Positions 9,101 to 18,902 of a stretch of 21,651 nt of DNA are shown here, one piece after another (the first letter of the stretch is position 1; the number at the start of each line of letters is the position of its first letter). Source of the stretch: Fibrobacteria bacterium. GTDB taxonomy: Bacteria; Fibrobacterota; Fibrobacteria; UBA11236. The stretch covers positions 1 through 21,651 of the forward strand of contig JBGTHM010000087.1 of assembly GCA_041746255.1 (NCBI GenBank), in the 5' to 3' direction. The position numbers were made by a program, and so were the translations under genes. The notes beneath the pieces are model-generated. The model was not told the origin of the DNA, made no database searches, and was given only the letters and a program-made list of their open reading frames with translations.

Positions 9101-11051
9101 CGATGATAAGCAGGTTCGCATCGCCGGCAGCATTTATTCGGCGGGAACCGATTTGTTGACTCTCATCAACGACATTCTCGATCTATCCAAAATCGAATCG
9201 GGAACGGTAACCTTGGACGCTAGCGAATTCAGCCTGGTGGAACTTAGCCACGACATGGACCGGACCTTTCGGCACATGGCCGACTCCAAAGGGTTGGAAT
9301 TCTCCATTGAAGTCGAATCCAATACCCCTCCTTACATCGTCACGGACTCGAAACGGCTGCAGCAGGTGCTCAAAAACCTGATTTCCAATGCCTTTAAGTT
9401 TACGGAAAAAGGCAAGGTGAACTTGAGAATTTTCACGGCCGAAAAAGGCTGGACTCCCGGTCACCCCTTTCTTGACGGCAAGACCCGGGTTTTGGGTTTC
9501 GCGGTCAGCGATACCGGTATCGGGATTTCTCCCGATAAACAACAGCTGATTTTCGAGGCATTTCAGCAGGCCGACGGAACCACGAGTCGGAAATACGGGG
9601 GAACCGGCCTGGGGCTGTCCATCAGCAGGGAAATTTCGCGATTGTTATGCGGAGAAATCAGCCTGCATAGCGAAGAGGGTACGGGAAGTATTTTCACGCT
9701 TTACCTTCCCTGTGAATTGGAGTACATCAACTTTCCGGTTTCGGAAGCCTCGCAAGCGGAGAGTTATCGCGCTTTCGTAGAAAAAAGTGACGAGGTGATG
9801 TGGGCGGGAGCCGGGAAACAACCGAAAATGGATATCGATCCAGCGCTCGAAGACGATCGTCTAACCATCCTACCCGGCGACAAGATATTGTTGATTATAG
9901 AGGATGATGCAATTTTCGCGCGCTTATTGCTCGAGATCGCTCATGAAAAAGGGTTCAAGGCGGTTGTGGCGGGTATGGGGCGGCGCATGTGGGAGTTGAT
10001 CCGTCAATATTCCCCCCTGGCCATCACGCTGGACATGCATCTACCCGACATAGATGGATGGAGATTGCTCGAGCGTTTGAAACAAGAACCGGAAACCCGA
10101 CACCTTCCGGTATTGATCATTTCGGTTGAAGAGGATCGGATTCGCGGCCTGTCCCAGGGCGCGATGGATTTTCTAACCAAGCCCGTCAGTAAGGAAAAAT
10201 TAGAGAATTCCCTGGATTTCCTTAATTCTTTTTTAAGCCGCGATTCGCGCCGGATTCTGGTCATTGAACCCCGTGAAATCGAACATGAAACCGCATTGCA
10301 ACTGGTGGACGAAGCCTTCGTGGAAACCCAAATCGTGCGGACCTTGGATGAAGCCGTTGAAAAAGTATCGGAATCCGCATTTGATTGCGCGGTATTGCAA
10401 TTGGAGTCGACTAACGGTTCGGCGGCGGTGATTTTAGAGGAGTTACGCAAACGCCCGATTCTACGCAACCTTCCGATTGTAGTTCGCTTGGACACGGAGT
10501 TGCCGGGAGATGTCGAATTGCGGCTGAGGGAGTTGTCCAAGTCGATGGTGATTCGGCAAACGCGATCACAAGAGCGGCTGCTGGACGAAGTCCTTCGATT
10601 TCTGCACGTTCCCCAGCAAGAATTATCGGATTCCCGGCAAAAGGTCGTGGATTCGTTGCATGGCTCGGACGAAGTGTTCGTCGGCAAGAAAATTCTCCTC
10701 GTAGACGACGACATTCGTAATATTTTCGCAATGACCAGTTATTTGGAAAACTATGGCATGGAAGTCATATCCGCCGAGAACGGCAGCCAAGGTCTGGAAA
10801 TGCTGGAGAAAACCCCGGATATGGATGTCATTCTGATGGATATCATGATGCCGGGAATGGATGGGTACGAAACGACTCGGGCCATTCGCAAGAATCCGAA
10901 GCATGCCGACGTCCCCATACTCGCGATTACCGCGAAAGCCATGCAAGGCGATCGGGAGAAATGCCTGAGCGCCAGCGCCTCCGACTATATTGCCAAGCCG
11001 TTCGATCCCGTGCAATTGCTGACCATGCTCAGGCAGTGGCTTTACCGATAA
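6159..11051 (+). CDS. Cytoplasmic poly-HAMP, GAF, hybrid sensor histidine kinase with three receiver domains (OsaA / fungal group III Nik1-like HAMP array)
   Basis: 92-aa [24 protein letters not shown] repeats, GAF region, coiled coil, H-box [15 protein letters not shown]-box [11 protein letters not shown]-boxes DTGIGI and GGTGLGL, REC domains (LDMHLP; degenerate; MDIMMP). No TM segment seen. Confidence 0.95.
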   Translation: MSPSRSHTEVESYKKNLLHALVALNKGDFSVRLKGNPEGIDGKIIDAFNAVVENNAKMVRTLELTSRMVGKEGKISQRIAIGEMQGAWAGSVEAVNTLIDDLVAPTTEMARVIGAVSAGDLSQTMDLEIDGRKLKGEFLRTAKTVNTMVSRLGSFASEVTRVAREVGTEGQLGGQAVVRGVAGTWKDLTDNVNSMASNLTNQVRNIAEVTKAVANGDLSKKITADARGEIQELKNTINTMVDQLNSFASEVTRVAREVGSEGKLGGQAIVRGVAGTWKDLTDNVNSMGGNLTNQVRNIAEVTKAVATGDLSKKITADARGEIQELKNTINTMVDQLNSFASEVTRVAREVGTEGKLGGQAEVRGVGGTWKDLTDNVNSMASNLTNQVRNIAQVTTAVANGDLSKKITVDVQGEMLEMKNTINTMVDQLNSFASEVTRVAREVGTEGKLGGQAEVRGVAGTWKDLTDNVNSMASNLTNQVRNIAQVTTAVANGDLSKKITASARGEIQELKNTINTMVDQLNSFASEVTRVAREVGSEGKLGGQAEVKGVSGTWKNLTDNVNMMAANLTGQVRGIAKVVTSVANGDLKQKLAFEAKGEIAALADTINGMIDTLAIFAVQVTTVAREVGVEGKLGGQASVPGTSGTWKVLVDNVNQLAANLTTQVRAIAEVATAVTKGDLTRSIQVGAQGEVEALKDNINQMIANLRETTLKNAEQDWLKTNLAKFTQMLQGKKDLLTVSRQILAELAPVVSAQQGVFYLMTHSGDQPKLRLLASYAHRDREGAVTEFALGESLIGQCALEKERILLTNVPPDYIQINSGLGESPPLSIIVLPVVFENAVKGVIELASFEKFNATHLAFLEQLTESIGIVLNTIEANTRTEDLLTQSQSLAQELQSQQEELRNTNEELEDKATLLVRQNEEVERKNREVENAKLALEEKATQLALTSKYKSEFLANMSHELRTPLNSLLILAHQLSQNTGGNLDDKQVRIAGSIYSAGTDLLTLINDILDLSKIESGTVTLDASEFSLVELSHDMDRTFRHMADSKGLEFSIEVESNTPPYIVTDSKRLQQVLKNLISNAFKFTEKGKVNLRIFTAEKGWTPGHPFLDGKTRVLGFAVSDTGIGISPDKQQLIFEAFQQADGTTSRKYGGTGLGLSISREISRLLCGEISLHSEEGTGSIFTLYLPCELEYINFPVSEASQAESYRAFVEKSDEVMWAGAGKQPKMDIDPALEDDRLTILPGDKILLIIEDDAIFARLLLEIAHEKGFKAVVAGMGRRMWELIRQYSPLAITLDMHLPDIDGWRLLERLKQEPETRHLPVLIISVEEDRIRGLSQGAMDFLTKPVSKEKLENSLDFLNSFLSRDSRRILVIEPREIEHETALQLVDEAFVETQIVRTLDEAVEKVSESAFDCAVLQLESTNGSAAVILEELRKRPILRNLPIVVRLDTELPGDVELRLRELSKSMVIRQTRSQERLLDEVLRFLHVPQQELSDSRQKVVDSLHGSDEVFVGKKILLVDDDIRNIFAMTSYLENYGMEVISAENGSQGLEMLEKTPDMDVILMDIMMPGMDGYETTRAIRKNPKHADVPILAITAKAMQGDREKCLSASASDYIAKPFDPVQLLTMLRQWLYR
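6621..8276 (+). repeat. 276-bp tandem coding repeats (HAMP pairs), six copies, the last more diverged
   Basis: The TTC-GCN (FA) register recurs at 6621, 6897, 7173, 7449, 7725 and 8001, an exact 276-bp period. Confidence 0.95.
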
Positions 11052-11058
11052 TCATTAT

Positions 11059-13011
11059 ATGAAGTTACCCTCCGAAATACCGATTCAAGTCCTCATGGTG
11101 GACGACTCTCACGAGAAGTTGCTCGCGCTGGAATCCGTTTTGTCGGGACCGGGTTTGGAAATAGTCAAAGCCCACTCCGGGGCGGAGGCGCTGCGTAAAT
11201 TGTTGTTGCAGGACTTCGCGCTTATCCTGCTTGACGTGCGTATGCCTTCGATGGGCGGATTGGAGGTAGCCAGGCTGGTACGAGAAAGGAAAAAATCACG
11301 CGCGACACCGATAATTTTCATTACCTCCATCGACGCGGATGAATCCGAAGTCGTTGAGGGCTATTCCTTGGGAGCCGTCGACTTTATCTTCTCACCAGTT
11401 CAACCGGAAATCTTGAAGGCCAAGGTCGGTGTATTTGTGGAACTATTCCGCGCCACGCAGGTGATCCAAGCCTATGCTCATGACTTGGAGTCCACCAACT
11501 CCCTTCTAGGTTTGAAATCGCGCGAACTGCAAAAAAGCCGGGAAAGTTTCCAGAACATCGTGGAATTTAATGCCCAGGGTATCATTCTATTCGATGAGGA
11601 TGGCAGCATCAAATATGCGAACCGATCCGCAAAATATTTTTTGCAGGACTTGGAAGATTTTCGTAAGGGAAGGTTTCCCTTTTCCCGCACCGATAATGGA
11701 AAGGAAATGGAAATCGCGCTGCCAAATCCAAAGGCTACCTCAACCATTCTCCAACTTTGGGTGGGCGAGTCCAGGTGGGAGGGTCAAAACGCCTGTCTGG
11801 CGGTGCTTCGGGATATTACCGACAAGAAAAAACTGGAGGAACAATTATGGCAATCCCAAAAATTGGAATCGGTTGGGCGCTTGGCCGGTGGAATCGCTCA
11901 TGACTTCAACAATCTCCTCACGGCCATAAATGGTTACTGCTCGCTTAGTATCAACTCGCTTGAGGAAACCCATCCCTTGCAGAAAAATTTAACCGAAATC
12001 CTCCATGCCGGCGAAAGGGCTGCTATACTCACCAGCCAATTGTTATCCTACAGCCGAAAACAGATGCTCTTACCACGACCGCTCAATCTAAACCAGGTCG
12101 TCTTGAAAATGGAGAACATTTTACGCCGCCTTATCGGTGAACATATCGAATTGGAGACCAACCTGGATCCTGAATTGGGAATGGTCACGGTCGATCCCGT
12201 CAGGATGGAGCAATGTATCATGAACCTGGTGGTGAATTCCCGGGACGCCATGCCCAAGGGAGGGCAAATCACTTTGAAAACCAGAATGGTGGATTGGCGT
12301 CCTCAGGCCGGTAGTGAGCCGTCCCATCCCGCAGGGCGCTATACGGAGCTTTCCGTGATTGATACAGGTCTGGGAATGGAAAAGTATACGCTAGAGAATC
12401 TATTCGAACCTTTTTTTACTACCAAGGATGTTGGGCAGGGATCCGGTCTGGGGTTATCGATGGCTTACGGTTTCCTGAAACAAAGTGGCGGATTCATAGA
12501 AGTGGATAGCGAGCTTGGAAAAGGGGCGAATTTCAGGTTATACCTTCCCCAGGCATTGGGCCAGTCCGAACCGGAACCACAGCCTGTTACAGTGCCGGAG
12601 ATTGTCACGGGCGGGAAAGAACAAATCCTGGTGGTTGAGGATGAAAGTTCGGTGCTATCCTACACCCAGGCCATTTTATCCAAGAAAGGTTATGGGGTGG
12701 ATACCGCGAATAACGGATGTGAAGCCCTCGCCAAGGTTGATTCGGAGGACCTGAAATTCGATTTATTGGTAACGGATTTAATCATGCCGCAAATGGGAGG
12801 AATGGATTTAGCGAGTATCCTGACAAAGAGATTTCCTGATCTTAAGGTCCTCTATATTTCGGGTAATACGGAGGAAGAGCTTTCGAGATTCGCGAATGGT
12901 AATCATGTGGCTGCATTTTTACAAAAACCTTTTTCGCCCAAATTACTGGCGAAAAAAGTAAGGGCGATTCTCGATGCACCCAAATCCGAGGCGAAGCAAG
13001 TCGACTATTAA
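11059..13011 (+). CDS. Hybrid sensor kinase / response regulator: REC - coiled coil - PAS - HisKA/HATPase - REC
   Basis: N-terminal VLMVDD..LILLDVRMP, H-box AGGIAHDFNNLL, NLVVNSRDAM, FEPFFTTK, GSGLGL, C-terminal ILVVEDE..LVTDLIMP..KPF. Begins 7 bp after the upstream kinase stop. Confidence 0.95.
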   Translation: MKLPSEIPIQVLMVDDSHEKLLALESVLSGPGLEIVKAHSGAEALRKLLLQDFALILLDVRMPSMGGLEVARLVRERKKSRATPIIFITSIDADESEVVEGYSLGAVDFIFSPVQPEILKAKVGVFVELFRATQVIQAYAHDLESTNSLLGLKSRELQKSRESFQNIVEFNAQGIILFDEDGSIKYANRSAKYFLQDLEDFRKGRFPFSRTDNGKEMEIALPNPKATSTILQLWVGESRWEGQNACLAVLRDITDKKKLEEQLWQSQKLESVGRLAGGIAHDFNNLLTAINGYCSLSINSLEETHPLQKNLTEILHAGERAAILTSQLLSYSRKQMLLPRPLNLNQVVLKMENILRRLIGEHIELETNLDPELGMVTVDPVRMEQCIMNLVVNSRDAMPKGGQITLKTRMVDWRPQAGSEPSHPAGRYTELSVIDTGLGMEKYTLENLFEPFFTTKDVGQGSGLGLSMAYGFLKQSGGFIEVDSELGKGANFRLYLPQALGQSEPEPQPVTVPEIVTGGKEQILVVEDESSVLSYTQAILSKKGYGVDTANNGCEALAKVDSEDLKFDLLVTDLIMPQMGGMDLASILTKRFPDLKVLYISGNTEEELSRFANGNHVAAFLQKPFSPKLLAKKVRAILDAPKSEAKQVDY

Positions 13012-13046
13012 GTCAGGAAATAAGGGATTGAACAGTCGGGTTAAAC

Positions 13047-13790
13047 CTATTTCCTGCAGGTGGGGCTATCGTTCAAACCCCAGTCATAGTCCAGGAATTT
13101 CACGCGATAATCGCCGTCCAGTCCCATTACGGTTTTGATGTAGTTTTTGTAACCGCCGTATTTTCCGTCGAAGTCGCTGCCGTACCAATCGAAGATTTTA
13201 GATAGGTGCAAAACATTTTTTTCAACCTTATTCCTATCGCCTGTGGTCAGAAAGAGTTTGGCGGATGCTTCCAATTGAGATTCCAATTTTTCCGCGGTAA
13301 ACGGTTCGGAATATAGCGGGGGACAGCCGATGGAAGCGCAATTCACGGCGAAATGAATACGGGGTTCGTCGAAATCTTTTCGAAGCACAGTATGTTCGAC
13401 ATAATCCAGGGAAACGGACTTTCCCAAAAAGGGTACGAATTTTCGTTTCCAGGGTTTTTTCAAATCGCGTATGCTTTTAAGCGGATAGTTTTCCACAATC
13501 AACCGCAAGGTGTAGAAATTGTACAGGTTAATCAAATAGGCGATTTTCCCCGGGTCGCTTTGAGAGGCATATTCCTTTTCCGTTAAGCGGAATTCACCGG
13601 CACAAGAATCGAGAAGTCCGGATTGTTTCAATCCCGTATAATCGACTCCCGCCGGACAAACAAATCCCGTGAGCGCTTTGCCGTAACAGGAGTAGTCTTT
13701 TTCAACCAATTTCCCGCCAAAGGTGTATGCTGCCAAACCGCAGAAGCACACGAGAAAGGTGACTTGCCGTGAAATAGGTTTGCGCCGCAT
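13047..13790 (-). CDS. DUF547 domain-containing secreted protein
   Basis: Motifs AYLINLYN, EPRIHFAVNCASIGCP, LSKIFDWYGSDF and YDWGLN; signal-peptide-like N-terminus. Confidence 0.9.
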   Translation of the reverse strand: MRRKPISRQVTFLVCFCGLAAYTFGGKLVEKDYSCYGKALTGFVCPAGVDYTGLKQSGLLDSCAGEFRLTEKEYASQSDPGKIAYLINLYNFYTLRLIVENYPLKSIRDLKKPWKRKFVPFLGKSVSLDYVEHTVLRKDFDEPRIHFAVNCASIGCPPLYSEPFTAEKLESQLEASAKLFLTTGDRNKVEKNVLHLSKIFDWYGSDFDGKYGGYKNYIKTVMGLDGDYRVKFLDYDWGLNDSPTCRK

Positions 13791-13830
13791 GGATATCCAG
13801 GGTTAAGGGGAGGTAATTGACAACAATTTA

Positions 13831-14616
13831 TTAAAATATTTCTTGGAAGAACGTGTTCATCGCTTTCCATGAGCGGCCAGCTGCTTTGGCATTAAAGGCG
13901 GATCCTTTGGAATTATCGTCACCAGCTGCGGGTTTCGTGAAGCTATGCACGGAGTTTCCATAAAATACCATCTGCCAATCCGCTTTCGATTCACGCATTT
14001 CCAGAATGAAATTTTCAACTTGTTTTTCTGGAACAAAGGGATCGTCTGCGCCGTGTAAAACCAGTATGCTGCCCTGTATGTTACGGGCATCCTTTGGATC
14101 GGGCGTGTTCAAGTTACCATGAAGACTTACCGTTCCTCTGAGCTTGGCCCCGCTACGCGCGAGTTCCAACGCGGTCGTTCCGCCGAAGCAATATCCGATT
14201 ACCGCGAGCTTCAGGGAATCCACGACGGATACTTTTGCCAGATAATCGAGACCCGCCCTGGCCCTGGCCCTCAACAAAGGTATGCTGTCCTTGTATTTGC
14301 CGGACTCGATTCTCGCCTGATTCGCATCGGTCGGCCGTACCCCTTTTCCGTATATGTCGGCCGCGAAGGCCACATAGCCCAAACCGGCAAGACTATCGGC
14401 TTGGCGCTTGACGAAATCACTTACTCCCATCCAATCATGGATAACCAGGATTCCGGGACGCGCGGTCTTGACGGCCTTGTCATAAACGAGGTATCCCTCA
14501 AGTACGGTGCCCCCTTGGCGGTATTCCACCACACGGGTAACCAATTCGGCTGAAACCGTATACACAAAGCAAAAGAGGGAAAGAATATATGCCGGAATGA
14601 ATGTCGAACTAATCAT
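13831..14616 (-). CDS. Dienelactone hydrolase family protein with signal peptide
   Basis: Nucleophile elbow GYCFGG, IHDWMG, HGADDP, HSFT; GGGAG RBS upstream. Confidence 0.93.
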   Translation of the reverse strand: MISSTFIPAYILSLFCFVYTVSAELVTRVVEYRQGGTVLEGYLVYDKAVKTARPGILVIHDWMGVSDFVKRQADSLAGLGYVAFAADIYGKGVRPTDANQARIESGKYKDSIPLLRARARAGLDYLAKVSVVDSLKLAVIGYCFGGTTALELARSGAKLRGTVSLHGNLNTPDPKDARNIQGSILVLHGADDPFVPEKQVENFILEMRESKADWQMVFYGNSVHSFTKPAAGDDNSKGSAFNAKAAGRSWKAMNTFFQEIF

Positions 14617-14668
14617 AGCGGACTCCCTGGTTTTGGGGTAATATCAATACGTTAAAAAAACTTAATGG

Positions 14669-14696
14669 AAAAACTCCGATTTTCCCAGAACCGGAG
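14669..14696 (-). terminator. Putative intrinsic terminator downstream of 14710..15234
   Basis: Minus strand reads CTCCGGTT-ctgggaa-AATCGGAG-TTTTT: an 8-bp stem with one G-U pair plus a U-tract, 13 nt after the stop. Confidence 0.55.
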
Positions 14697-14709
14697 GGCT
14701 GCTGGCGAA

Positions 14710-15234
14710 TTAGGGAACCTGCAGCTCTCGCTTAAGCGCTGCGTGCAAGGCTCTACGTAAATCCCGGAAATTTTCAAAGCCTTCCTCGCGCATCGCTTCC
14801 GCTACGCCTCGCAGACTGAGAATGCTCCCTCCGGCATAGGGAACCTCCCACTTCAGGGGAATAGTCTCGATTATTTCCGCTTTTGCAAGCGGAAATTTCA
14901 TTTGCCTGAATTTTTCATCGAACAGCAATATGGCCTCGAAACCGCTTTCCTGATCTTCCCGTCCCGAACCTAATTCCGGAGGATGTGCTTCACTAGGCAT
15001 TCTTCGACTACCTGGGTCGGGAGGCTCCCCATCCAATGGCTCCTCAATTGATGCATCGGAACCCATACGCGGTTCGGAGAGGGCTGCTGCTATTTCAGCT
15101 GGCGGATGTCCGTTCTCCGATTCGAAATCCAATTCCGGTTCCCTATCCGGTTCGTCGATATCGGCATCTAAAGAAGGGTTTTCGCTTGTCCCAACGAAAC
15201 CATCCACCTGTTTGGATTTTTTCTTTTTGGCCAT
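14710..15234 (-). CDS. Hypothetical protein: basic N-terminus, acidic Pro-rich disordered linker, C-terminal DUF2795/DUF5789-like helical domain
   Basis: AAGGAG RBS upstream and a terminator downstream. The C-terminal MKFPLAKAEIIE...LRGVAEAMREEGFENFRDL resembles the YPxxKxEL...LxxL...FExxxD pattern. The domain call is tentative. Confidence 0.7.
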   Translation of the reverse strand: MAKKKKSKQVDGFVGTSENPSLDADIDEPDREPELDFESENGHPPAEIAAALSEPRMGSDASIEEPLDGEPPDPGSRRMPSEAHPPELGSGREDQESGFEAILLFDEKFRQMKFPLAKAEIIETIPLKWEVPYAGGSILSLRGVAEAMREEGFENFRDLRRALHAALKRELQVP

Positions 15235-15490
15235 TTCCGAACTCCTTGGAATTCAAGCCGGATTTAATCGAGTCGATTACTTTCTCTCCCTTAAGATAGT
15301 TACATCGTAAATATGAATTGAGAGTTTCGCTTTCGGAGAAAAAGGTTTCTTAAAATTTCCCAATTTAAACTCCTTTAAAGTTATTTCGCTCGCCTGTCCC
15401 AGCATATATCTTAAAGATTACCGGATCAACAAATCGATCCGCCTTCCCGTTTGGTCAAGGGCGGGGGGGAGTAAGCACTTAGGAGATAAT

Positions 15491-16564
15491 ATGAGAATCG
15501 CACAGATAGCGCCACTTACGGAAAGCGTGCCTCCTCAACTCTACGGCGGAACGGAAAGAGTTGTTTCCTATTTGACAGAGGCTTTGGTCGATGCCGGGCA
15601 TGAGGTGACGTTGTTCGCAAGTGGAGATTCGCAAACGTCGGCCAGGCTCATTCCCATTTGTCCGCAAGCCATTCGGTTGGACCAGCGGGCACGGGATCCC
15701 CTGGCGCTCAATACCTTGCAAGTCGAAAAGGTGGCTTCCATGGCGGATGACTTCGATATTATCCATACCCATACCGATTTTCAGGGTTATTCGGTTTTCC
15801 ATCGCATGGGAGTCCCATTTGTTACCACCTTGCATGGTCGCTTGGATTTGCCGGACCTACCCGGGATATACCGCGTTTTCGACACCGCGCCCGTTGTCTC
15901 CATTTCCAATGCGCAACGCGTTCCTTTACCTTTTGCGAACTGGATTGAAACGATTTACCATGGTTTGCCCGACTCGATGTATCCCTTTTCACCCGGTCCG
16001 GGCGGATATCTCGCCTTTCTCGGCAGGGCATCACAGGAAAAACGGGTGGACAGGGCAATTGAGATCGCCATCAAAAGCGGCGTACCTTTGAAGATAGCGG
16101 CAAAAATCGACAAGGTCGACGTCGAGTATTTTCGGGAGAAGGTCGCGCCTCTGCTGGACCACCCCTTGGTGGAATTCATCGGAGAAATAGGAGAACAGGA
16201 AAAGGCTGGGTTTTTGGGAGGAGCCAGGGCTTTGTTATTTCCCATTGATTGGCCAGAGCCCTTTGGATTGGTATTAATCGAAGCTATGGCTTGCGGAACT
16301 CCGATCATCGCTTATCCTCACGGATCAGTTCCTGAAATCATCGTGCCGGGAGAGAACGGTTTTCTGGTAAACGGGGTGGATGAGGCCGTGGACGCGGTGA
16401 ATCGCCTGGATCAGGCATCGCGTGCGCGATGCAGAAGCCAGTTCGAATCCCGGTTCTCGGTAACGAAAATGGTGAACGGTTATGTCGACGTTTATTCCAG
16501 GGTGATGGGATCGCAGCGTACAACACCCGACGGTGAACGGCTCAATGTTTCGATGGCGGCCTGA
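15491..16564 (+). CDS. Glycosyltransferase family 4 (AviGT4-like subgroup)
   Basis: MRIAQIAP..VPPQLYGGTERVV, VTTLHG, WPEPFGLVLIEAMACGTP; AGGAG RBS. Confidence 0.95.
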   Translation: MRIAQIAPLTESVPPQLYGGTERVVSYLTEALVDAGHEVTLFASGDSQTSARLIPICPQAIRLDQRARDPLALNTLQVEKVASMADDFDIIHTHTDFQGYSVFHRMGVPFVTTLHGRLDLPDLPGIYRVFDTAPVVSISNAQRVPLPFANWIETIYHGLPDSMYPFSPGPGGYLAFLGRASQEKRVDRAIEIAIKSGVPLKIAAKIDKVDVEYFREKVAPLLDHPLVEFIGEIGEQEKAGFLGGARALLFPIDWPEPFGLVLIEAMACGTPIIAYPHGSVPEIIVPGENGFLVNGVDEAVDAVNRLDQASRARCRSQFESRFSVTKMVNGYVDVYSRVMGSQRTTPDGERLNVSMAA

Positions 16565-16575
16565 GAAACGCAAAA

Positions 16576-18741
16576 ATGAGTGAATTGCTGCGCTATAAGG
16601 ATCAATATTATATCCTGGCGGCTTCTCCCCTGGCCGACCAGCAGGTGCGGGTATTGAAACATGGCGACACCTTCGCCGTATTCGACAGGGTGGGTGACAT
16701 CCAGCCCGTGGGAAAAAATAATCAAGGTATTTTTCATGACGGCATGCGGCACCTGTCGCGATTCGAACTGCGCATCGCAGGACAGCGGCCGCTTCTGCTT
16801 TCCTCGACCGTCAAGGAATCCAATGATACCATGGTGGCCGATCTCAGTAACCCGGAAATTACCGGAACCGATGGCGTAGGTATCGGGCAGGATGTTCTGC
16901 ACATTTTCCGTTCGAAATTTCTGTGGCAGGGAAGCGCGTACGAGACGCTCACCATCACCAACTTCGGGCCGGAAGCCGCCCTATTCCCGCTCTCCTTCAT
17001 GGTGGAAGCGGATTTTGCCGATGTTTTTGAAGTTCGAGGCATCACCCGGGATAAAAGAGGGGTAATATTCGAACCGGAGTTTCGGGAAACCGGGCTTTTC
17101 CTGGGATATCGAGGTTTGGATGGAATCACCCGGAAAACGAGACTCCGTTTCAATCGAGCTGCAGCGGAGCTATCGGGAACGGAAATCGTTTTCCATTTCA
17201 ATATCGCGCCCCATTCCAGCGAACATCTCACTTCCATCATCACCTGCGGTATCGATGAGATTCACCCGGAGGTAAATGATTTCGAAACCGCCTTGGCCGG
17301 ATTGGCCGGGGAATTGGAAAGGTTCTCTTCAAGCTCAAGCCTGATTACGACCACCAACCAGACTTTCAATCATTGGATCAAGCGTTCGCAGCACGATATG
17401 AACCTGCTGCTGACGCGTGACGGGGACGAATGCTATCCCTATGCCGGCATACCCTGGTATTGTACCCGCTTCGGAAGGGACGGCATCATCACCGCCATGG
17501 AGTGCCTGTGGTATAACCCGCAGGTGAGTCGCGGCGTGCTTTCCTATCTGGCTTCCACGCAAGCCCGGGGGATCAACATCGGCGAGGATTCGGAGCCTGG
17601 CAAGATAGTACATGAGACACGTGGCGGCGAAATGGCCCTGACGGGGGAGATCCCTTTCCGGCAGTATTATGGTACCGTAGATGCTACTCCCCTGTTCGTA
17701 GTTCTGGCCGGGCAATACCTGGAAAGAACCGGGGAAGAGGATTTTGTGCGTTCGCTGTGGCCCAATATCGTCGCTTGCCTGGAGTGGATAGACAAATACG
17801 GTGATTGCGACGGGGACGGATTCGTCGAGTACCAGCGGCAATCGGAGGCGGGCCTGGTCAACCAGGGATGGAAAGATTCCTTCGATTCGGTATTCACCCA
17901 CGACGGCGTTTTGGCAAAGGGCCCCATTGCCCTCTGCGAAGTGCAGGGCTATGTCTATGAGGCCAAGGTATTCGGCTCCGTAATGGCCTCCCGCTTCGGC
18001 GACGAAAAATTATCGGCCAAACTCTCGCATGAAGCGGAACGGTTACGCCGGGAGTTCGATTCCCGCTTTTGGTCGGAGGCACTCGGAACCTATGTTCTCG
18101 CTCTCGATGGGGAAAAGCGGCAATGCGAAGTACGCTCTTCCAACGCAGGACATTGCCTGTTTTCCGGAATCGTACCGAAAGAGAAGGCCCAGCGGATTGC
18201 GAATACTTTACTGGCTCCGGACATGTTTTCCGGTTGGGGCATACGCACCCTATCGACCCTGGAAAAAAGATACAATCCCATGGCATATCACAACGGTTCG
18301 GTTTGGCCGCATGACAACGCGATGATCGCCCGCGGCATGGCCCGATATGGATTGAAGCGGGAGTCCAACCGTATTTTCGACGGTCTCTTTGACGCTTGCC
18401 GCTTTTTCGAAGGGTATCGGATTCCCGAACTCTTTTGCGGATTCGACCGCAGAGCGGATGAAGGACCCACTCAATACCCGGTAGCCTGCTCTCCCCAGGC
18501 CTGGGCTGTCGGGTCGGTTTTTTTGCTCTTACAAGCCTCGCTCGGCCTTGAGATGGATTACACGCGCAAGATGATCCGATTTTGCCAACCGGTACTTCCC
18601 CGATACCTCCATCACATCAAGCTCAAGAATCTGCGCCTGGGTTCGGCTTCCGTGGATTTGGCCTTCACCGCCCACGACCGCACGGTGGGAATCGATGTGG
18701 TGCGGAAAGAAGGCGAAGTGGACATAATGGTCCTTAAGTAG
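16576..18741 (+). CDS. Amylo-alpha-1,6-glucosidase / glycogen-debranching family glycoside hydrolase
   Basis: LKHGDTFAVFD N-terminal domain, AGIPWY..FGRD, EPGKIVHE, NQGWKDS, YHNGSVWPHDN, PELFCG, YPVACSPQAW. Starts 11 bp after the GT4 stop. Confidence 0.93.
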   Translation: MSELLRYKDQYYILAASPLADQQVRVLKHGDTFAVFDRVGDIQPVGKNNQGIFHDGMRHLSRFELRIAGQRPLLLSSTVKESNDTMVADLSNPEITGTDGVGIGQDVLHIFRSKFLWQGSAYETLTITNFGPEAALFPLSFMVEADFADVFEVRGITRDKRGVIFEPEFRETGLFLGYRGLDGITRKTRLRFNRAAAELSGTEIVFHFNIAPHSSEHLTSIITCGIDEIHPEVNDFETALAGLAGELERFSSSSSLITTTNQTFNHWIKRSQHDMNLLLTRDGDECYPYAGIPWYCTRFGRDGIITAMECLWYNPQVSRGVLSYLASTQARGINIGEDSEPGKIVHETRGGEMALTGEIPFRQYYGTVDATPLFVVLAGQYLERTGEEDFVRSLWPNIVACLEWIDKYGDCDGDGFVEYQRQSEAGLVNQGWKDSFDSVFTHDGVLAKGPIALCEVQGYVYEAKVFGSVMASRFGDEKLSAKLSHEAERLRREFDSRFWSEALGTYVLALDGEKRQCEVRSSNAGHCLFSGIVPKEKAQRIANTLLAPDMFSGWGIRTLSTLEKRYNPMAYHNGSVWPHDNAMIARGMARYGLKRESNRIFDGLFDACRFFEGYRIPELFCGFDRRADEGPTQYPVACSPQAWAVGSVFLLLQASLGLEMDYTRKMIRFCQPVLPRYLHHIKLKNLRLGSASVDLAFTAHDRTVGIDVVRKEGEVDIMVLK

Positions 18742-18793
18742 CTTCCGTCACGATAATAAAAAAAACCATGCGTATCACCCACTATCCGCACAG

Positions 18794-18815
18794 CGGTGGA
18801 ATCGCGATTCCACCG
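18794..18815. repeat. Perfect 22-bp palindrome between convergent genes
   Basis: CGGTGGAATCG-CGATTCCACCG is its own reverse complement. Confidence 0.85.
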
Positions 18816-18902
18816 GATAAGCCTGGTAGAGAGTCCGAGGCTAAGCGGTGCGGGTTGGAGAATGCCGGCGACAGGCCCGTCGATATTCTCCGAGAACGTC
18901 GT

